DNA of 55,562 nucleotides from a virus: IMG/VR virus record IMGVR_UViG_3300044712_000732, positions 445,776 to 501,337 of that record; one strand, 5' to 3'. Shown piece by piece: positions 25,634 to 34,829 of this stretch (position 1 is its first letter; each line of letters starts with the position of its first letter). The notes under the pieces were generated by a model. It saw only the letters and a program-made list of their open reading frames with translations, ran no database searches and was not told where the DNA came from. The position numbers and the translations under genes were made by a program.

Positions 25634-28255
25634 TTAATTTTTAATAAATTTATTTATTGATATTTCATTATTTTTCCCTATAATTTTTGTAATATATGTT
25701 CCGTATACTAAACCCGAAACATCTACTTGATTGGTATTCGAAATTAAAACTTTAAGACCTGAAATATTAAATATTTCTATTTGGTTAACGTCAATACCGA
25801 TAATATTGATAATATTTGATGTTGGATTAGGATAAATTTTAATTTTAGTTTGTGTTATATTTGTTATAGATTTAATGGGTGACAAAATAATAACTTTCGC
25901 AGTCGATTTCCCACACTGATCTTTAATTTCGTAGGTAAACCACGCATTACACCATTCAATAGAATCAGATGTGATGGTAATTGTGCTGTCTGTGGTATTG
26001 AACTCAACATGCAATTCGTTGTAACCTACATCCATTATAAACTGTGTAAGTAGCAAGTTATCACCGTCCACATCGTAGTCATTACACAAGATATCGTTGA
26101 ACGGAATAACCAATGTATCGGGTGCATTGAACCAGTGTAGGGTATCAGCAATTGCAACTGGAAAATCATTTACTGGAGTGATTGTAATGAAGATTTTCAG
26201 GTAAGCTGTCCCTTCCGCATGATTGGCTGACCAAACTTGCATGAAGATGGTGTCCTTACCAATCAAATCATGTGATGAATATATTATTTGATTATGTTTT
26301 GTTGAAGTATATTGACCTAGTTTAGGTTTTTTCTGATCCAATATATCAGTAATGGTAAAATTCAAATTGTATTCAGACATCTTCCTGGCAATGTCGATGG
26401 TAACCGGTGTATCCTCAGGGGTAGTTGTATAAATATAGAGTGTGGTTTCCAGTTCAATGGTGATATATACCGTGGCTTGAGTAGGAGCACCGTCATTATC
26501 GCTAATCTCGTAGGTAAACGAATCAAATCCCATATTGATAGATGGTTTATATAATATTGATCCTGTTAATTTATCAATCTGAACCATCCCATGTGTTGGA
26601 TTACCAATAATTTTAAGCGTTGACCATTTGAGTGTACCATCGGTATCATAGTCGTTTTCAAGAATGAAAATCCGATGATATGAATTTTTCGTGACGATAG
26701 CGGTGTCGTTTAAGGCAATAGGCGGGTCATTCACCTCGTTTACCCAGATGTTGATTTCAGCCATGTCCCAGTTTCCTTCCTGATCGGAAACAATATATTG
26801 CATCCAGTCGGGACCAAAATAATCGGGTTCAGGGGTATAGATCACTGTATTTTCAAAACTGCTTTGACTACCATGATTGGGTCCACTTATGATGTTGAAG
26901 CTTTCAGGATCGACAGGAATACCATTTATATTCTCATCGTTTATCAGTGGTGAAGGAATCAACTCGATCGGGATATTTTCATGGGTTGAAAAAATATCGG
27001 TTTGGGTAAAAAACATCTTTTCTTCAGGGGTAACAACTATAATTACCTTAGCACTATCACATGAAAACGTTTCAGAATGGGTATCACAAACACCATAAAC
27101 TAACGTATCAACACCAGTGAACCCAACTATAGGAATATACATCAACCCATTTGGTTCAACATATACTGAACCATGTCTCGGTTGTGCAATAACCGTTATT
27201 TTATCAATCCGATTATCAGGATCATTGGTCGAAATATCAATCGAAACTGGCACATCGACCTTTGTTTCAGCATAGTCGTCGTTAGCGGCAAACGGATCGC
27301 TCACTGGGGTAACTGTGATAAGTACGCTGGCAAAACTCCAGTTTCCGGGACCTGTTGATACAATATAGGTAAGGCTGTCGGTTCCATTGAAATCCTGATC
27401 AGGCGTGTAAACGATCATCTCCTTCTCAGGATCGAAAATGGTCACCCCGTTTTCAGGGAAGACTTTCAACTGAACAGTTCTCGGATCAGGAGATTCACTG
27501 CCAAGGGTATCGTTGGCAAGCACATCAATGTAAACCGGCGTATCTTCGGGTGTGACTATACTATCATTTTGTGCCTGAAAATCGGATAACGTGTCGCCAA
27601 CAATAACCGTTACGATCACATAAGCCCTTGCTTCAAGCGAATCTTTCATCGCATACTTGAATTCGTCGATCCCGGAATAATCCCTTTCAGGAGTATATAT
27701 AATTTGATTTCCAGTTTTTGAAACCTTACCGTTTCCTGAAGGTAGTTCAACCCAAACAGGATTTAGATTATTGTCGACATCGGCAACCTGAGCCAAATAG
27801 TCAAAACCAACGGGGTTCATCGGTGTCTTCAATACCAGATGGGTGGCCACCGGAGGATCGTTCACCGGGGTTACGGTAATGTAGAGCCATGCTTCATCAC
27901 ACGAGACTTCCATGCCGGTATCACAAATCCTGTATTTAAGACTGTCTTTCCCATAAAAATCCTTATCGGGGAAGTAATAGACTTCTCCGTTCGCACTATT
28001 ACGATAGGCTTTACCATGCTTTGGAAATTCAGTAATAGCCAGCGATGAATAGTCGAAATTACCTTTCCCGTCATTATCTATATCAGAATCATTGGCAACG
28101 ACATTGTACCGTAAATAGGTGTCTTCATCAATGATAATGAAATCGTTGTTTGCAAAAACTGTATTATTATCAAATAACAATGAATTATTTGCTGAAATTA
28201 CTATAATATCTACACAAATCAGTAAAACTAAGAATAATATTAATTTTTTCATCAT
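25634..28255 (-). CDS. secreted multi-domain (cadherin/Ig-like, VNDPP-type repeats) protein with a Type IX secretion system C-terminal sorting domain
   Basis: The N-terminal signal peptide MMKKLILFLVLLICVDIIVISA is followed by at least 6 repeats ending ..TVTPVNDPPVA / ITITPVNDFPVA. The C-terminal ~80 aa (KIKIYPNPTSNIINIIG...IEIFNISGLKVLIS....VSGLVYGTYITKIIGKN) match the T9SS/Por C-terminal domain consensus. The gene body is visibly more GC-rich than its surroundings. Confidence 0.7.
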   Translation of the reverse strand: MMKKLILFLVLLICVDIIVISANNSLLFDNNTVFANNDFIIIDEDTYLRYNVVANDSDIDNDGKGNFDYSSLAITEFPKHGKAYRNSANGEVYYFPDKDFYGKDSLKYRICDTGMEVSCDEAWLYITVTPVNDPPVATHLVLKTPMNPVGFDYLAQVADVDNNLNPVWVELPSGNGKVSKTGNQIIYTPERDYSGIDEFKYAMKDSLEARAYVIVTVIVGDTLSDFQAQNDSIVTPEDTPVYIDVLANDTLGSESPDPRTVQLKVFPENGVTIFDPEKEMIVYTPDQDFNGTDSLTYIVSTGPGNWSFASVLITVTPVSDPFAANDDYAETKVDVPVSIDISTNDPDNRIDKITVIAQPRHGSVYVEPNGLMYIPIVGFTGVDTLVYGVCDTHSETFSCDSAKVIIVVTPEEKMFFTQTDIFSTHENIPIELIPSPLINDENINGIPVDPESFNIISGPNHGSQSSFENTVIYTPEPDYFGPDWMQYIVSDQEGNWDMAEINIWVNEVNDPPIALNDTAIVTKNSYHRIFILENDYDTDGTLKWSTLKIIGNPTHGMVQIDKLTGSILYKPSINMGFDSFTYEISDNDGAPTQATVYITIELETTLYIYTTTPEDTPVTIDIARKMSEYNLNFTITDILDQKKPKLGQYTSTKHNQIIYSSHDLIGKDTIFMQVWSANHAEGTAYLKIFITITPVNDFPVAIADTLHWFNAPDTLVIPFNDILCNDYDVDGDNLLLTQFIMDVGYNELHVEFNTTDSTITITSDSIEWCNAWFTYEIKDQCGKSTAKVIILSPIKSITNITQTKIKIYPNPTSNIINIIGIDVNQIEIFNISGLKVLISNTNQVDVSGLVYGTYITKIIGKNNEISINKFIKN

Positions 28256-28419
28256 TTAATTTTTTGATTTATATCTTTTTTGATTAAAAATTCAATATAT
28301 TGTGATTTGTTAATGTTTTTTTCTTCACACAACTTATCTAATTCTTTATCTAAATCAATATTAATTGATACCGATAAATTCTTTCGCTGATCATCTTTTT
28401 TTATTTTAGGTCTTCCCAT
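28252..28419 (-). CDS. ribbon-helix-helix (CopG/Arc-like) DNA-binding protein, 55 aa (not in ORF track)
   Basis: Reverse-strand ORF MGRPKIKKDDQRKNLSVSINIDLDKELDKLCEEKNINKSQYIEFLIKKDINQKIK. It has a basic N-terminus, a beta-strand KNLSVSINID and two helices. Its stop overlaps the ATG of the T9SS-CTD gene (ATGA). Confidence 0.45.
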   Translation of the reverse strand: MGRPKIKKDDQRKNLSVSINIDLDKELDKLCEEKNINKSQYIEFLIKKDINQKIK

Positions 28420-28509
28420 AATTATTTTTCTACAAAGATATAAAAAAATTTTTATAAAATAACAAAATGACTTTATTTTATTTATATATACTGTAAAAAT
28501 ACTGTAATT
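28420..28509. promoter_or_regulatory. divergent promoter region between two small RHH-like ORFs
   Basis: 90-bp AT-rich spacer containing TATATA elements in both orientations (cagtatatataaat; ttttatatctttg) between divergent start codons. Confidence 0.35.
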
Positions 28510-28665
28510 ATGAAAAAACCAATCACTAAAAAGAAAGTATCACTAACATTAGATAAAACGACATATGATTATTTATATGAAAAATATTCAAATAAATCCA
28601 AATATTTGGAATGTTTAATTTATAACGATTTGAAAAATCGTTTAAAAAAAGAAATTATAATATGA
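28510..28665 (+). CDS. putative ribbon-helix-helix-like small protein, 51 aa (not in ORF track)
   Basis: MKKPITKKKVSLTLDKTTYDYLYEKYSNKSKYLECLIYNDLKNRLKKEIII. Its stop overlaps the ATG of 28662..29585 (ATGA). Confidence 0.4.
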   Translation: MKKPITKKKVSLTLDKTTYDYLYEKYSNKSKYLECLIYNDLKNRLKKEIII

Positions 28666-29585
28666 AAAGAAAAACCACAGAACAATTTATAGAAGATGCT
28701 AAAAAAGTTCACGGTGATAAATATGATTATTCATTAGTTGATTATATAAATGATAGAACAAAAATTAAAATTATATGTCCAGAACATGGTATTTTTGAAC
28801 AATTGCCTAATAGTCATTTACAAGGAATAAATTGTTATTTTTGTGGTCGAAGAAATAGTATTAAAAAAAGATCGAAAACAACAGAACAATTTATAGAAGA
28901 TGCTAAAAAAGTTCACGGTGATAAATATGATTATTCATCAACAATCTATATAAATAAAAGATCAAAATTAAATATTATATGTAAAAAACATGGAATTTTT
29001 GAACAAACTCCACCTACACATTTATCTGGTAATGGTTGTTCAAAATGTTCCCAATGTAAAAAATTAACAACATCTGATTTTATTGAAAAAGCTAAACAAA
29101 TTCACGATAAATATGATTATTCATCAACAACATATATAAATAAAAGAACAAAATTAAAAGTTATTTGTCCTATTCATGGTATATTTGAAATATTACCCAA
29201 TAATTTTTTATACGGTAAGCAAACAGGATGTCCAAAATGTACAGAAAGTAAAGGAGAAAAACAAGTTAGAGAATTATTAGAAAAAAATAATATATTATAC
29301 GTTAAACAAAAATCATTTAAAGATTGTAAAAATAAAAATCCGTTACATTTTGATTTTTATCTACCCAAATATAATTGTTGTATAGAATATGATGGTATAC
29401 AGCATTTTAAACCTGTAAAATATTGGAACGGAATAACATATTTTGATATTCTTAAAAAACGGGATAACATAAAAAATGAATATTGTAAAATCAACAATAT
29501 TCATTTAATTCGAATTAAATATGATGAAAATATCAATGATATTCTCAATCAATTTTTAAATGTGATATCAAATTTTCATCTTTAA
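28662..29585 (+). CDS. putative homing-endonuclease-like protein: three N-terminal ~70-aa Cys-containing repeats plus a C-terminal PD-(D/E)xK (Vsr / I-Bth0305I-like) nuclease domain
   Basis: There are three repeats of TEQFIEDAKKVHGDKYDYS..YIN.R.K..IIC..HGIFEQ.P..HL.G.GC..C. The C-terminus reads ...PLHFDFYLPKYNCCIEYDGIQHF...KKRDNIKNEY (D ... E-x-D ... K pattern). Confidence 0.5.
   Translation: MKRKTTEQFIEDAKKVHGDKYDYSLVDYINDRTKIKIICPEHGIFEQLPNSHLQGINCYFCGRRNSIKKRSKTTEQFIEDAKKVHGDKYDYSSTIYINKRSKLNIICKKHGIFEQTPPTHLSGNGCSKCSQCKKLTTSDFIEKAKQIHDKYDYSSTTYINKRTKLKVICPIHGIFEILPNNFLYGKQTGCPKCTESKGEKQVRELLEKNNILYVKQKSFKDCKNKNPLHFDFYLPKYNCCIEYDGIQHFKPVKYWNGITYFDILKKRDNIKNEYCKINNIHLIRIKYDENINDILNQFLNVISNFHL
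28677..28938. repeat. direct repeat: identical 58-bp copies at 28677-28734 and 28881-28938 (within the three-repeat coding array)
   Basis: acagaacaatttatagaagatgctaaaaaagttcacggtgataaatatgattattcat occurs twice verbatim. A third, more diverged copy lies near 29085. Confidence 0.8.
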
Positions 29586-32500
29586 CAATGTCGATAAGAA
29601 TATCAAAATTTATTGGATGATTATGTTCTATTATAACTATTTTATTTACTTTGGTTTTTAAATTATCAAGAAAATCGGTAAATTGTTGAATTGAATCAGA
29701 AATTAATTTTCCCATACATTCATCAAGCACAATGAAATTTGATTTACATTTCACATTAATTTGTCTCAAAGCCATTTTTAGTGCAATTGCACAAAAAGTA
29801 CGTTCCATTCCACTCGATTCAATGGCGTTCTGACTTACATCCAATCTATCATCCATACTCATTCTTAAAACTAATTCTTCATCAAAAAACAATGTAAAAT
29901 CAACATTAGATAATAAATCACTTAATTCTTTATTGATTAAATGGATTGATTTTTTTAATAAAAATCGAGGAATCCCATCACGTCCTATGCACCTTGCATA
30001 TTCTTTCAGCAATTCTTCACGTTTTTTCTGTTTAAGAAATCTTCTAATTCTAGTTGAAATATTATCAATTTCATTTTCTTTGAGAAGAATACTTTTTTCA
30101 ATATCAATATTTTCTTGATTTAAATCTTTAATATTTTCTTTAACAATTAGAATTTTTTCATTAATTCTATCTATCGAAAATTGTGTATTTTTATTATCTT
30201 CTATTTTAGATTTAAATTCTTGATATTTATCTATTTCTAATTGAAGTTCTTTTATTTTTAATTTAAAATTTTCAATTGATAATAATATATTATCTTTTTG
30301 GGTTATCTTTTTATTTCGTAATTCAACTTTTTCTTTTCTTTGTTCTTCCAATTGAATATCATTTTCGATACTATCAATATTAAAATTCTTTAATTCTGAT
30401 TCGATATTTTTAATGATCTGTAAATTATTATCTTTTGTTTTTTCAACATTAGATATTAACTGATTACCTTTTGCGACATTTTCTTTTAAGGTTATAACAT
30501 TTTCAAAATTGTTATTTCTTATTTCTTCAATTATTATTTTAAGAATATTATTTTCATCTTTTAGAAATTTGGTATTACCGATTTCTATTAATTTATTTTT
30601 AATATCATCACTATAAATCCCTTGAATTAAATTATTTTTTTGTGAATTTAATTCGGTTTCTTTAATATCGAATCCCGGAAGAAGATTTTTTAATTTTTTA
30701 TATTCTGCTAAATAATTTTGAATTTTATTTTCATTATCTTTCTTCTTAATTAAAATCTGATTGATATTTTCTTCTAAATGTGCAATATGTTCTGAATATT
30801 TTGGGTCAGTTTTATCATATTCCCTACCACAACTTGGACACGCTTTTGAATTTCTAAGTTTTTCTATATCTTTATCATATTCATCATTTACCGATTTAAT
30901 ATTTGAACCATCCTTTTGAATCAATTTAATTTTATTACTTATATCATTCTTCTCTAATTCGATTTTTTGAAGGTCAGATTTTATTTTAGATATTTCATCG
31001 TTTATAATACTTTCTTTTTTATTTTTTATTTTTTCAATGTTTAAATCATTTTCACTGATTTTCAATTGATGTTTCTTGATTTCACCATCTTTTAATTCTT
31101 TTATTTTTGATAAGACTTTATCAATTTTATTATCAGATTCTGTTAAAAGATTTCTAATTTTTGATATTTCATCCTTTCTTTCAGAAATTTTATCATTAGT
31201 TTCTTTCAATCTTATTTTTAAACCATTTAATATTTCTGAATTAAATATACTTGGTAAATTATTTATATCATTAGTTAATGTTGTTAAAGTAAAATTTGAA
31301 TCGTTAATTTTGATTTGATAATTTTCAATTGATTTTAAATTTATACTTTCATCAAAACTATTCATTGTATCATCAATGATATTTAATTTTTTATTTAAAT
31401 CATCTCTGTTTGAATTATGTGTCGATAATTCAATTTCAATTTCATTGATTTGATTTTTATTAGATTGAATATTTTCATTTAATATATCTATGTCGGTTTT
31501 TAGATTTTTTATTTGATCTTCAGATTCTTGAATATCAACTATTAGTTTTTCTTCTGCTAATTCTTTTTTAAATTCTTTAAATTCTTCTAATTTATATTCA
31601 AATACATCATAACCAGCATCCCTAATTATATTATCCATAAACACACTTCGTGTTTCAGATAATGAATCATTCAAGTTATCTGCGTTAGTAAATGATAATC
31701 TGATAAAATCTTTTAAATCACCTAATATTAAATCTAATTCTTTTTGTGTTTTATTCTTTACTTCACCTGTCAATTTATTATCATCAGAAATATTTTCATC
31801 TTTATATAAATCTAATGTTGTTGGACATGCTGTAATTGCGGTTTTGTTTCTATTCCATTGTCTTTCTGTTCGTCGTTGAATAATATACTTATTTCCATTT
31901 GCATTGATTATTGCACCACCTTCACAAAAATCTAAATTTCGTTTATTATTTATGTATCTATTATCACCAAATTTTTCTGGACTTAATGTTGTTGTTGTTT
32001 TTCCATATAATATGTAGGTAATAACATCCAATATAGTAGTTTTACCTTCTTTATTTAAACCGTGAATTTGAATAATACCATCTATATCAGACCAATCAAC
32101 TTCATTATCATCACCATATGATTTAAAATTTGTGAACCAAAATTTTTCAATATTCCATTCAATATTTGTTTTTGTATCACTTAAATGTAATCTTCCATTA
32201 ATAATTTCATCAATTTTAAGAATTTCATCAATGTCTTCTTTTTTATATTTTTGTTCAGCTAAATATTCTTTAAATATATTAGTTTGAACCTTTAAATCTG
32301 TTAAATCTAATGATTCAGAAAGCATCGTTGATGATATAACATCAGTATAAATGTATGTTTTCTCAAATGTAATTTTAGTTATATTAAACTTTGATTTAAC
32401 ATAATCTCTTATTTTTCGTTCATTAACAGTATTGATATTTGAACTTAAATCTTTCCAATGTATTTTAATTTCAACATCTAAACTAATATTATTAATAGCC

Positions 32501-33285
32501 AATGATAAATTATCATAATCTGTTAATTCATCTAAATATAGATTAATAAATGTATGATCATTTTCAATATTTATAAAATTCCATGATACTTTTTTCTTTG
32601 ATTCAATATTCCATATGACACAACCATGGATCAAATCTTCACCAAAATGTTGTTGAATTAACGATGATGAATAAACAATATTTTTTTTAGAACCCAATGC
32701 CTGGTGTTTATGAATATCACCTAAAAGGCTTACATCACCTTTAAAATCATCAATATTTCTATATTTTTTATCTTGAAATATTTTGCCAACATCAGTTAAA
32801 CAACCATTCACTGGATCGTGAAATAAATCAATATATGTTTTTGAATTGTCTATATTATGTGGAATATTAACCCATGGATTAATATTTTTTTCTTGATGTG
32901 AATGATTTACCCACACTATATCATAAATATTATCATTAAAAAATCCAGATTTATTAAAATATGTGACCTTTGGATTATCAATCAACTTAATTACGGTTTC
33001 AATCGAATTAATTCTATTTAAGTTTTTCTTTCTTAAGTCATGATTGCCAAAAACTATAACAACTTCATCTACTAATTTAGATAAATTATTTAAGAATTCA
33101 CCCGCAAGTATTTTTGCTTCGTTACTAATTTCTATATAATTATCAAATAAATCACCAACAATAGCAACAATATTTACATTATTATCTATAATTATTTTAT
33201 ATAATTTTTCAAATTGTATTTTATATTCTCCGTGTCTGTCTATATTTTTTATGTGAATATCAGCGATGTGACAAATTTTTATCAT
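29545..33285 (-). CDS. sbcCD: fused SbcD/Mre11-type nuclease plus SbcC/Rad50-type SMC-like ATPase (single 1246-aa polypeptide)
   Basis: The N-terminus has calcineurin-like phosphoesterase motifs (HIADIH; GDLFD; GNHD; GDIHKH). Around aa 400 is Walker A GLNKEGKTT. A long coiled coil carries a central CPSCG zinc-hook. The C-terminus has the signature SSGMER, Walker B FIVLDE and H-loop IEHNH. Confidence 0.8.
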   Translation of the reverse strand: MIKICHIADIHIKNIDRHGEYKIQFEKLYKIIIDNNVNIVAIVGDLFDNYIEISNEAKILAGEFLNNLSKLVDEVVIVFGNHDLRKKNLNRINSIETVIKLIDNPKVTYFNKSGFFNDNIYDIVWVNHSHQEKNINPWVNIPHNIDNSKTYIDLFHDPVNGCLTDVGKIFQDKKYRNIDDFKGDVSLLGDIHKHQALGSKKNIVYSSSLIQQHFGEDLIHGCVIWNIESKKKVSWNFINIENDHTFINLYLDELTDYDNLSLAINNISLDVEIKIHWKDLSSNINTVNERKIRDYVKSKFNITKITFEKTYIYTDVISSTMLSESLDLTDLKVQTNIFKEYLAEQKYKKEDIDEILKIDEIINGRLHLSDTKTNIEWNIEKFWFTNFKSYGDDNEVDWSDIDGIIQIHGLNKEGKTTILDVITYILYGKTTTTLSPEKFGDNRYINNKRNLDFCEGGAIINANGNKYIIQRRTERQWNRNKTAITACPTTLDLYKDENISDDNKLTGEVKNKTQKELDLILGDLKDFIRLSFTNADNLNDSLSETRSVFMDNIIRDAGYDVFEYKLEEFKEFKKELAEEKLIVDIQESEDQIKNLKTDIDILNENIQSNKNQINEIEIELSTHNSNRDDLNKKLNIIDDTMNSFDESINLKSIENYQIKINDSNFTLTTLTNDINNLPSIFNSEILNGLKIRLKETNDKISERKDEISKIRNLLTESDNKIDKVLSKIKELKDGEIKKHQLKISENDLNIEKIKNKKESIINDEISKIKSDLQKIELEKNDISNKIKLIQKDGSNIKSVNDEYDKDIEKLRNSKACPSCGREYDKTDPKYSEHIAHLEENINQILIKKKDNENKIQNYLAEYKKLKNLLPGFDIKETELNSQKNNLIQGIYSDDIKNKLIEIGNTKFLKDENNILKIIIEEIRNNNFENVITLKENVAKGNQLISNVEKTKDNNLQIIKNIESELKNFNIDSIENDIQLEEQRKEKVELRNKKITQKDNILLSIENFKLKIKELQLEIDKYQEFKSKIEDNKNTQFSIDRINEKILIVKENIKDLNQENIDIEKSILLKENEIDNISTRIRRFLKQKKREELLKEYARCIGRDGIPRFLLKKSIHLINKELSDLLSNVDFTLFFDEELVLRMSMDDRLDVSQNAIESSGMERTFCAIALKMALRQINVKCKSNFIVLDECMGKLISDSIQQFTDFLDNLKTKVNKIVIIEHNHPINFDILIDIVKDENLISHLKID

Positions 33286-33376
33286 TCAATATTAATTTTT
33301 TTGTTATTTATAACAAAATTCAACAATTGTTTAAAAAATTATGTTAATAATTTAATATATAAGAAAAAAATTAATT

Positions 33377-33700
33377 ATGAAAATTTCTAAATTTGAAAAT
33401 TTTACAATGTCAGATATCATCAATATTGCAAATAATTTTGAAAAAGAAATAAATAAACAAAAAAAATATAATTCTAAAATAAAATTAGGTGATTTTGTAG
33501 CTATTGGTAAATATGATGGAAAGTGGACATATTATAAATGTATTGATATAAATCCAAGTGTAATATTAGAAGAAAAAAATTCAAACAAAACTAGAATATT
33601 GACAGATGAAGAATATGAAAAAGCTACAAATAATAATCTAGATACTATATCATCCGAATATATTGGTAATAATTCACAGTATTGGACAATTGAAGAATAA
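33377..33700 (+). CDS. hypothetical protein (107 aa), N-terminus MKISKFENF (family-like)
   Basis: ORF track; divergent from sbcCD. Confidence 0.5.
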   Translation: MKISKFENFTMSDIINIANNFEKEINKQKKYNSKIKLGDFVAIGKYDGKWTYYKCIDINPSVILEEKNSNKTRILTDEEYEKATNNNLDTISSEYIGNNSQYWTIEE

Positions 33701-33917
33701 TTATGAAAACAAAATTTAAACAATTTATAAATGAAAATAGATTTACTTGGTTGTGTGGTGAACTCTTAATTGCTGGTAAATCAATATATCCTATTGGTAC
33801 TAAAATAAAAATTTTGATTATTTGAATTTTTACAATATTTAAGTTCATCTAAATTTTCACCTAAATAACTTAAATACAATGGACAATATTCATCATGTTT
33901 ACATTCTTCCATATTTA

Positions 33918-34829
33918 TTATAATTTTCGATTAAATACATACAAATCAAATACACTTTGATTATCTATTATTTTATTATTATTTAAATCACTACCTAAAA
34001 ATGATTTAATACATTTATAGTTTCCCAACAATGTTTTACCATCAAATACTTTAACTTGTCTGTTGATAGTACCAACAGCCCCTACAATCGCTAAATATTT
34101 ATTTCCGAACATACTTCTCATTATAGAAAATTTCATTGCCTTAGTGCTTGGATCATTCATAAATCTAACAGTATCTAAATTATTTTTATTAATGACCAAA
34201 TTTTTAAATGGCATTTTTAAATCAATTTTACTACCCGAATTAGATAATTCAATACTTATTACACCACCAGTTGGTTGTGCTATTGTTGTTTCTTCTTCTG
34301 CTTGGATTTGACCACCTTTTAATAAAGTATTTTGATTTCTTCTAATTTCATTAAAATTAGCACTTGCTATAATTTTTTCTGTCATATGCCGGTCGTTCAT
34401 CTTATACCCTTCTGGTGGAAGCCTAAAAAAATTACCAGTAAATGTCATTGAAACTATATTTTCAGTTTTAAATAATCTCCAAACCTTTTTTGTTTCTGCC
34501 CTTTGTGATACTGACCAACCTTCCAAATGCCAACCACGAACTAACATATTTTTTGTATTCCTATTCACACCCAATACCATTGGTTGTATTGTTCTTTCTC
34601 GACCACCCCTCCATTTATCCTCGTTTCCACGATAAGAAATCAATATTACCAAACCATATTTAATTGCTTTTTTCATCAAATCTTCATTAAACTTTACAGG
34701 TTTATTGATAGGAAAATTTGGTATTATATTCGGATCAATTTGTTGTGCTTCATTTATAATAGGCCCAAATATTTTAATTTTTTTTGGATCAAATTTATAT
34801 TCTTTACCTTCTTCAAACATCATTTTCAA
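33918..34829 (-). CDS. hypothetical protein (303 aa)
   Basis: ORF track; no motif recognised. Confidence 0.55.
   Translation of the reverse strand: MKMMFEEGKEYKFDPKKIKIFGPIINEAQQIDPNIIPNFPINKPVKFNEDLMKKAIKYGLVILISYRGNEDKWRGGRERTIQPMVLGVNRNTKNMLVRGWHLEGWSVSQRAETKKVWRLFKTENIVSMTFTGNFFRLPPEGYKMNDRHMTEKIIASANFNEIRRNQNTLLKGGQIQAEEETTIAQPTGGVISIELSNSGSKIDLKMPFKNLVINKNNLDTVRFMNDPSTKAMKFSIMRSMFGNKYLAIVGAVGTINRQVKVFDGKTLLGNYKCIKSFLGSDLNNNKIIDNQSVFDLYVFNRKL

Noticed and set aside
33703-33825. 40-aa ORF MKTKFKQFINENRFTWLCGELLIAGKSIYPIGTKIKILII directly after 33377..33700. Its N-terminus recalls MKTFNEFINE.
   Set aside because: It is too short and lacks an obvious stop-proximal structure. It could be a remnant of a family-member N-terminus. 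It is mentioned here but not annotated as a gene.
33918-34829. Considered calling this 303-aa protein a T4 rIIB-like or WYL-type regulator, based on size and neighbourhood.
   Set aside because: I could not recognise any motif in its sequence, so the call would be a guess. It is left as hypothetical.
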